Source: Bacteriovoracaceae bacterium
GTDB taxonomy: Bacteria > Bdellovibrionota > Bacteriovoracia > Bacteriovoracales > Bacteriovoracaceae
Direction of reading: 5' to 3'
NCBI GenBank assembly: GCA_965217035.1
Contig: OZ244226.1
Coordinates: 2,028,146 to 2,092,145 of the forward strand
Length of the DNA stretch: 64,000 nt
Below, piece by piece: positions 58,301 to 64,000 of this stretch. The translations under genes were made by a program, and so were the position numbers. The notes under the pieces were generated by a model. It saw nothing but the letters and a program-made list of their open reading frames with translations. It did no database searches and was not told the origin of the DNA. The first letter of the stretch is position 1; the number at the start of each line of letters is the position of its first letter.

Positions 58301-60654
58301 CTTTGTCCTTTTATTTGACTTCTTTTTTGGTATTCTTGATAGCCTTCATCAAGGTACATATAACCATCATTTCGTTCGGCATCTTTATCATACTGAGCAT
58401 AATATAGGGAATCTCTGTAAAGGTAATCAAGATAGTATTCATCTGAATAAGGATATTTTTGATAAAGCTCTTTTGCTGAATAGAAAACCGCACGCCAAAG
58501 AATAAGAGATAAATCTTTTGAAAGCCTTTCTGTATGAAAGTCATCATAATTACGAATATCTGCTTTCTCTTGATCCTCAAATTCTTTTTTTAGAAATCTT
58601 TCATAGCGTTTTTTTACCATTTGAAAGAACTCTTTTACGACTTTGGTTGTAGGGTTATTTTTTTGAAATTCAGATCCAAATTCTCTTAATTGAGATGAAA
58701 TTTGTTTAATAACGATACCCAAAAGTTCTCCGTGGGAGCGAATATCAAGCCAGGCATGTTCTGGTAATTGATCTGCATTTTTTCCATTAGTATATCCATG
58801 GCTATCTTTTACATTTCTAAGAAAGTGGATATATGGTGCTTCTTCTTTTATTTTTAATTTATCTAGAATTCGATGTGCACGAAGAATTTGAGTTTCTTTA
58901 ACATTTTTTTTTATCCACTGTAGCTTCTTTCTTTTTTTAACAGAGGCCATATATGATTTTGAAAAATAATTTTTTATTAGCTGGAAGATTTCTTCAGCTA
59001 AGCCCGAAACATAAGATAATCGATATTGGTCATAGAGTTTTTCAACTTCTCTTTCTAGTTTCTTACGATAAGAGCTATCAAAGTTTGCTCCATCTCTTAC
59101 AATGAATTCAATTAAAGCTTTCTTCATAGCTGGTTTTTTGAATTCAAAGGCTTTAAGAGCTAAGTGTAGAGAAATATATTCAGGAGAAAGTTCATCGTAA
59201 TGAAAAAGAGCATGATGAAAATAATCAGTTCTTTGATAGAGCTGATTGTTTTCGTTTAAACTCGCCATGAGTGGATCAAAGTCATCAACAACAACATCAA
59301 TCCATTTCTCTAGCCATTCCTCATCCAGGTTAGCCCCTTCGAGCATAATCTCTTTCCAGGCTTTTGACATTTTTTTAGGTGTAAAAATAGTTCTGATATC
59401 ATCTTGATATTGAGGAATCGTGAGTTCAATGGCCTCGCGAGCGGTGAGTCCATTACCTCTTCCCTTTGTCTGAGAAAAATCAGAACCTCTTGCTTTGAAG
59501 AAACCGATTGGATATTTAAGTGCTGATTTAAAAGCTTTTTTAGTAATTTCTGGATAAATAGTCGAAATAAAATCGATTCTATTAAGCTCTTGATAGTATT
59601 TCATATCAAGAAGATCCTGAGATTCAGGAATCTTGAATGTTAAAGATTTTCCACAACAGCCTTTATTCACATTCGACCAGATCGGTTCAAGGTCTGTTTT
59701 ATAGCGATTAAGTGACCACATTGCGAGATAAGTTTCTCTCGTCACTGCTAATTGAGTCAGCTTATTAAACTCCTTAAGGTCACTTGAGAACTGATTAGCA
59801 GTCATTTCTGTTGCAAATCTTGTGTCATAACTTGGACCAATTTGAATAAGTCCTGGAATTTTTAAATATTGAAGTTCTTTTTTATCAAGGATGCTAATTG
59901 TAACAGCGTGAGGAGCTTCATGATGTTTTATAGTGCCTGGTAAAGATTTAAGTACTTTTTTTACTTTTTCAAAATGTGTATTAAGTTTTCCATAAAGGTC
60001 TTGTCCATAAATTCTTTTTAATGGATTTTTCCCATTTACTTGAATATTTGCGACAAAGCTTATATCAAGACGAGTAGGAGGACTAAGGTGATTTCCAACA
60101 CTTAAAGGATTTGCGATTTTAAATTCAGTCGCGACCTCAGCGGGTAAGATAAGACTTAAAATATCAAGATCTTCCCAGTTAAAGTCTTTTGAGTTATTTG
60201 ATTCTTCTTGAGAGATGAAGTAATAAAGCGTATGTGCAAAAATGATAGAGGAGTAATACTTCATCGCAACCCCTTTAAGGACAACTTTTTCCTCAGGGGT
60301 CAACTCTTTTCGATAAGCATCTAGCATATAGACTTTTGTCATTAAGAGTTTTGCTTTTATTTCTGTATAAATATTTTTGTATTTTGATAAGCCGTATTTT
60401 TTAGCAGATGCTCGAAAGGTAAAAATATTAATCTTACCACCATTTTCTTGTTTCTCATCTTTGAAAATTGTCTCAAAATCTTGAACTGTTTTTTCGACTG
60501 TTTCAATACTGTCAGCCACTTTTAAGACAGCAGGGTTGATACTTGCGATACTCCGGTAAAAGAAACCTCGAATATCAGAAAGAAAAGAACCGTCTCTTGT
60601 TAAAGAACATGAGACGGTACTAAAAATAAGGAATAAAAAACAGAGTTTTTTCAA
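55330..60654 (-). CDS. Giant hypothetical lipoprotein (1774 aa) with internal hydrophobic segments
   Basis: TTG start, lipobox TVSC, RSIAS; TM-like block at nt ~56860-57130. Confidence 0.85.
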   Translation of the reverse strand: MKKLCFLFLIFSTVSCSLTRDGSFLSDIRGFFYRSIASINPAVLKVADSIETVEKTVQDFETIFKDEKQENGGKINIFTFRASAKKYGLSKYKNIYTEIKAKLLMTKVYMLDAYRKELTPEEKVVLKGVAMKYYSSIIFAHTLYYFISQEESNNSKDFNWEDLDILSLILPAEVATEFKIANPLSVGNHLSPPTRLDISFVANIQVNGKNPLKRIYGQDLYGKLNTHFEKVKKVLKSLPGTIKHHEAPHAVTISILDKKELQYLKIPGLIQIGPSYDTRFATEMTANQFSSDLKEFNKLTQLAVTRETYLAMWSLNRYKTDLEPIWSNVNKGCCGKSLTFKIPESQDLLDMKYYQELNRIDFISTIYPEITKKAFKSALKYPIGFFKARGSDFSQTKGRGNGLTAREAIELTIPQYQDDIRTIFTPKKMSKAWKEIMLEGANLDEEWLEKWIDVVVDDFDPLMASLNENNQLYQRTDYFHHALFHYDELSPEYISLHLALKAFEFKKPAMKKALIEFIVRDGANFDSSYRKKLEREVEKLYDQYRLSYVSGLAEEIFQLIKNYFSKSYMASVKKRKKLQWIKKNVKETQILRAHRILDKLKIKEEAPYIHFLRNVKDSHGYTNGKNADQLPEHAWLDIRSHGELLGIVIKQISSQLREFGSEFQKNNPTTKVVKEFFQMVKKRYERFLKKEFEDQEKADIRNYDDFHTERLSKDLSLILWRAVFYSAKELYQKYPYSDEYYLDYLYRDSLYYAQYDKDAERNDGYMYLDEGYQEYQKRSQIKGQRASESIRNAISTLQPNKEKKYPNNLKIDPKRLKLDLNNIAKKNELTKEEIVAVQKYRKSVSKKNLDQFLKKIEEGKARLKDKKDQFKKSVDLREKPEIVRDNIPQNPRNNDKQLNDTSRELKENFDINEFLASSNEDDMIDEKMGLEEKLHKLIGYDQTRAVAEDDLYAALLGDNTHLASLSTQNLPDVRDQKSRALFQIFQMLGLTEDILKGKKRPKTPTYKTKSYVQYYQALNTKNIANRVEPFLSTEHEHFETNSWMTETGSFEETVSVKQPVSQKLYDKAYNKETGEINYSYVDTLFDDVMKKSEEYLENTKDDIPTIKRFCEADYNTWENDDDFRYLFDQTEHLRNELVLKANQLGYQFNTEEINKKLTKKIRPFVYFVRYKLEPAFGWILLIAGGLLLGYLFFAIVPFASAIGAAFANSGFVAGIVKIGSSIVTSFKALGAIKIFSQFMAVVTLKDVGVVLFYALDILWLVVGVVMGRHYLVNVHPAIQFQRQTITAVNFIDSKHLHGVNYEISDHESLKKKISEYKWETVMYLGGAVLFDLPFAYIAFQQAYKGLRVSKYHMLNNHYPAELFDEATRQALKAGDKVAYIPREDIVGRKGQFLRIISKLSPKTADFLQSIKPAFTLKMGKATQELLPKAVLYDRFIATAENSRQTFLNALLQMDQRIIFEQMQNLKKVLSSNKKAKPHWHYRTYDKIKTIFNKAIPLKKIMNEVRYQVERAVRVIFDLGGNVTRRSSNVIKLPEKAIGDTMKSYLAEMFRLRKYQDEVMNAVRNSDDLYEELMKSPDQIDNILKDIDNFLGNLEEMKPHLQPNATLNKNVKALDAKVLNGNKLALQMQKSAALAKQNKEIVDLLINGKRGYTNDQLAKMAFLKWIKMLEENKLLDKTYEVITSSGFVNNFMGNRGIKFTLEAGRAGVNADGIQDAWKAFKNFVDFQDSVLGKAKVPLNDVIKYTKMTRADKGAMQGVREYREVLNGEPDPLLSQ

Positions 60655-60660
60655 GGGGTG

Positions 60661-61647
60661 TTATTTCCCTAGAGGGCAGAGTTTTTTACTTCCACCACAG
60701 CCACAGAAACCTTCTCCTCGCCATCCCCATTCATCATATTTCCTAGCAAATTCTTCAGAATTTTCAGCAAGTTCTCTAAATGCTTTTGGAGCATTAGGGT
60801 TAATAACGTGATCTCCTGCTTGTCCAAGAAGAATAATTTTCGTTCTCTTGTTAGTTGGAATCATCTGAGGATTTTCTTTTACAAGCCTTACTCCTTCATA
60901 TTGGATAATAGCAAGCTTATTAATTGCATCAGCATCCCCACCCATTTTCTTCGCACATGTACTTGGATTAAAGAATGCAAGTTTTTTATTAGTTGCCTTT
61001 AACATGGCAAGATTTCCATCGAGAAGATCAAGAGTCGCTTGAATAGCACCTGCATCTTTTGAGCTTTTACTGAACTCAGCAAAGTCCTCTCCCCATCTTC
61101 TGGCAGTGGAGCCAGAAATTAGGTCTTGATCAACAGCTGATCTAAGGAGTTTATCGAATTCTTCTCCTCCCTGTACTTTCTTTTTATTTTTAATGTAGTT
61201 GACTCCTCGATTAAGAATGCTTCCACCTGATTTAGAAGTCTTTTTTGTTCTGACAATTTTTCGGTGATTACTGAGTGGGTTAGTCCCTTGGTATTTTGCC
61301 CATCTTTCTGAAATATCAAGAATATTAACTGATTTCCAAATAAATTTTCCATCGTTCATATCAAAGTTTCTTACAACTCTGTTATAAGCTTGTTGATAGT
61401 TTTTAAGATCATCGAGTGATTTAATAGAAGCACCTTCTGGGACATTGAAGTGCTTTTTGTTTGAATCAACAATTTCAAGAACTTTCTTTACTCCTCCGTC
61501 AATTCCTCTAAAAGCATCGTCGAGACTCGAAATTTGAGCTGGAACTCTAAAATAAGTTTTTCCGTCAACAACATGGTAGTTCTTGTGAGTGGCACAAGAG
61601 ACCAGAAATAATGTGATGAGTGGAACAATTCCAATTAAACGTTTCAT
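60661..61647 (-). CDS. Hypothetical lipoprotein
   Basis: AAGGAG RBS; lipobox LVSC; RVPAQ; Cys-rich C-terminus. Confidence 0.8.
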   Translation of the reverse strand: MKRLIGIVPLITLFLVSCATHKNYHVVDGKTYFRVPAQISSLDDAFRGIDGGVKKVLEIVDSNKKHFNVPEGASIKSLDDLKNYQQAYNRVVRNFDMNDGKFIWKSVNILDISERWAKYQGTNPLSNHRKIVRTKKTSKSGGSILNRGVNYIKNKKKVQGGEEFDKLLRSAVDQDLISGSTARRWGEDFAEFSKSSKDAGAIQATLDLLDGNLAMLKATNKKLAFFNPSTCAKKMGGDADAINKLAIIQYEGVRLVKENPQMIPTNKRTKIILLGQAGDHVINPNAPKAFRELAENSEEFARKYDEWGWRGEGFCGCGGSKKLCPLGK

Positions 61648-61749
61648 TTTTTACTCCTTAAATAATAAAAAAAATAGGGATAAATCCTCACCCTAAAATT
61701 TTAAGATAAATAATGAATCGACACAATGGAGGACAATTTTAAGTACCCG

Positions 61750-63042
61750 TTAAGAGAGGGAAGCTTTTTCCTCAAGGACAGTCGGAATAACTTTAAGAAT
61801 TTTGTTTTTTAAATTTTCTTCTGATAAAAGATGAAATTTTAGAAACTCAGAGGTATAACCTTGCCAAATACCCTTATTCTGAGTTTCAAAGAGAACTTGA
61901 GTTGTTTGGTTGAGATTTGCTTGAGCGAATTGATAAAGCTTTTGATCTCCAAGTGCATTGAGGAGTTTTACCCTTCTTTTCTTTTCATGGTGAGTGATTT
62001 GATCGGGTAAGCGTGCGGCCGTTGTTCCTTTTCGACTACTAAAAGGAAAAACATGGAAATGGGTTGTTGGAAGCTCTTCTTTGAGAGCGCGATAATTATT
62101 TTCAAATTGTCCTTCTGTTTCTCCCGGATAACCTGTAATAATATCGGCTCCAATTCCTGCCTTTGGGAAATAATCTTTTACCATAAGAAGAATATTTTTA
62201 TAGAAGGAAGGGGTGTATTTTCGTCTCATCGATTTTAAAATTTGGTCATCAAAACTTTGCATTGGAATATGAAAATGATTTTGATAGATACCGGTTTCTT
62301 TGAGAGTTTCAAGAAGCTCTTTAGTTATAGTATTAGGTTCGACTGAACTCATTCTTAATCTTTGAAGACCATTAATGCTCGCTATTTCTTTTATAAGATC
62401 AGTAAGTTTCTCTCCGCTTTTTGCTTCATATTCACCGATATTAACTCCGGTTAAAACGATCTCTTTGTAGCCTCGTTTTACAAGTTCAAGTGCATTTTTT
62501 TTTGCTTCTTTTACTGTAATGGTTCTTGAGCGCCCTCTCGCGAAAGGAATAATACAAAAGCTACAAACGTAATTGCATCCGTCTTGAATTTTTAAAAAAG
62601 CACGTGTGTGATTTTGATCAGAAGGAGTGCTATAAGCTCCCCAAAATTCATTTGTTAGATCAATCTTGGAATTATTTTTCTCATTTTCATCAAGATATTC
62701 AAAAACTTTATACTTTTCTGAATTTCCCAGAATAAGATCCACTCCTTGCATTTTTTGAATCTTCTCCGATTCCATTTGTGCATAGCATCCTGCAACGACA
62801 ACCTTTGCTTCAGGGGAGTTCTTTTGGGCTTTTCGAATCATGTTTCGACAGCTCGAATCAGCTCCGTCGGTAACGGTACAAGTATTGAGGAAAACCACGT
62901 CGGCAGGGTCTTCAAAAGGGACAATTCTATAGCCTCGGTCTTCAAAACCCTTGGCAATACTGCCCGTTTCTGAAAAGTTCAAACGGCATCCAAGAGTGTG
63001 AAAAGACACTTTTGGGGCATTTGAGGGGACTTCTTTTTCCAT
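61750..63042 (-). CDS. mtaB: tRNA t6A37 methylthiotransferase (radical SAM)
   Basis: HTLGCRLNFSET, NTCTVT..AD, GCYAQ, TRAFLKIQDGCNYVCSFCIIP, HVFPFSSRKGT. Confidence 0.93.
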   Translation of the reverse strand: MEKEVPSNAPKVSFHTLGCRLNFSETGSIAKGFEDRGYRIVPFEDPADVVFLNTCTVTDGADSSCRNMIRKAQKNSPEAKVVVAGCYAQMESEKIQKMQGVDLILGNSEKYKVFEYLDENEKNNSKIDLTNEFWGAYSTPSDQNHTRAFLKIQDGCNYVCSFCIIPFARGRSRTITVKEAKKNALELVKRGYKEIVLTGVNIGEYEAKSGEKLTDLIKEIASINGLQRLRMSSVEPNTITKELLETLKETGIYQNHFHIPMQSFDDQILKSMRRKYTPSFYKNILLMVKDYFPKAGIGADIITGYPGETEGQFENNYRALKEELPTTHFHVFPFSSRKGTTAARLPDQITHHEKKRRVKLLNALGDQKLYQFAQANLNQTTQVLFETQNKGIWQGYTSEFLKFHLLSEENLKNKILKVIPTVLEEKASLS

Positions 63043-63156
63043 GGACTCTCTACTTAGCATTAAAAAATCCATCCGAAAATAGTTGAAACTCTAGACGGTT
63101 TTCGTTGACTTATTAAGGCTAACCCCATAAATTTATGAGCTCAGTATTGAAAGTGT

Positions 63157-63233
63157 GGTCTCTTAGCTCAGTTGGTTAGAGCACCTCCCTTTTAAGGAGG
63201 GGGTCCTGTGTTCGAGTCACAGAGGGATCACCA
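63157..63233 (+). tRNA. tRNA-Lys(TTT)
   Basis: Cloverleaf with CCTCC-CTTTTAA-GGAGG arm, CTGTG-TTCGAGT-CACAG, encoded CCA. Confidence 0.96.
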
Positions 63234-63265
63234 TTCAATATTGGAAATCGATGGAATTTGAAAAT

Positions 63266-63343
63266 GCTCCCATCGTCTAGCCCGGTCTAGGACATCGCCT
63301 TTTCACGGCGGTAACAGGGGTTCGAATCCCCTTGGGAGTGCCA
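63266..63343 (+). tRNA. tRNA-Glu(TTC)
   Basis: GCTCCCA...TCGCC-TTTTCAC-GGCGG...AGGGG-TTCGAAT-CCCCT-TGGGAGT-G-CCA. Confidence 0.96.
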
Positions 63344-63357
63344 GTTTAAAATAAAAG

Positions 63358-63384
63358 AAGGTCAGCGAAAGCTGGCCTTTTTTT
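63358..63384 (+). terminator. Intrinsic terminator of the tRNA operon
   Basis: AAGGTCAGC-GAAA-GCTGGCCTT + T run. Confidence 0.9.
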
Positions 63385-63425
63385 ATTTTTAAATTCTACT
63401 TTCATCGGAGATGAAGAAGTTTGTT

Positions 63426-63505
63426 GGGGTTCATGAAAATAGCATCTTGCTATGTTCAAACGTAGCCTCGAAGAGGGCGAGGGCAGGAGGCCGAGATAAA
63501 TCCCC
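63426..63505. repeat. REP-like nested palindrome
   Basis: GGGG..ATAGC-ATCTT-GCTAT..CCTC-GAA-GAGG..CGAGGGCAGGAG..CCCC; GC-rich within AT-rich DNA. Confidence 0.45.
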
Positions 63506-63512
63506 TAGGGTT

Positions 63513-63815
63513 TCACTTTTTTCCGATGCACTTCTTAAGTTTTTTCAAGTGATTAAAAGGTCTCGCATCAACTCCGGGAGCTATCAATTTGATTTTCTTT
63601 ATTTTATAAGGACATTTACTGTCCTCGATTTCATAACGATATTTATATTGATCAATAAGTGAAAGCTCACACTGAATTGGCAATTTTGTTCTCTCGGAAA
63701 GTTGATTTTCGTTTACTAAAATGAAGCACTTGTCATTTTTTTCAATATGTCTTCCTTCTAACATAATGGCGAGGGCATAAAGAGGAATAAAGAATAAAAT
63801 TGTTATGAGCTTCAT
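63513..63815 (-). CDS. Small secreted hypothetical protein
   Basis: Signal peptide, four Cys, abuts the upstream stop. Confidence 0.6.
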   Translation of the reverse strand: MKLITILFFIPLYALAIMLEGRHIEKNDKCFILVNENQLSERTKLPIQCELSLIDQYKYRYEIEDSKCPYKIKKIKLIAPGVDARPFNHLKKLKKCIGKK

Positions 63816-64000
63816 TTAGTATCCCATTTCACACATAAGTTTATTAATAAAGTCATTTTTAGCCCGAGGATCTTTGATATCTTTGTAAATATCATTCATT
63901 TTTTTGAGTGTGTTCATCTCGTACATTAATGGAGCATATTTTTTAAAAGCAGGACAACTTATAACTTCGTACCAAAGATTATCTTCCTTTTTCTTTAAAT
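63816..64000 (-). CDS. C-terminal end of a hypothetical protein (partial)
   Basis: Open frame ...WYEVISCPAFKKYAP...FINKLMCEMGY* ending just before the next ATG. Confidence 0.55.
   Translation of the reverse strand, partial: LKKKEDNLWYEVISCPAFKKYAPLMYEMNTLKKMNDIYKDIKDPRAKNDFINKLMCEMGY

Overview
AT-rich bacterial chromosome segment. Gene content (many orphan lipoproteins, a vWA adhesin, DUF885, S8/HExxH/PLD secreted hydrolases, sigma54- and sigma28-like promoters) suggests a predatory Bdellovibrionota, Bacteriovoracia-like; this is inference. Housekeeping genes include ssb, photolyase, mtaB, an acyl-CoA dehydrogenase, several transporters, and tRNA-Asp, -Lys and -Glu. No CRISPR array, integrase, transposase or rRNA was seen. 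The most notable locus is about 20.7-28.2 kb. It holds a LuxI/FeeM-like GNAT acyltransferase, two paralogous HTH regulators with ligand-binding-type C-termini, a ThiF adenylyltransferase, an alpha/beta hydrolase and a PAS-kinase operon. The three + strand units share a palindrome TATTCCAnnTGGAATA upstream, making this a candidate small-molecule (quorum-sensing-like) circuit. Other items: a candidate sigma54-dependent sRNA at about 13.7 kb, a long rod hairpin after ssb, two genes apparently broken by small deletions, tandem GYxxG-repeat lipoprotein paralogs, and REP-like palindromes. All family calls are by motif recognition; no searches were run.
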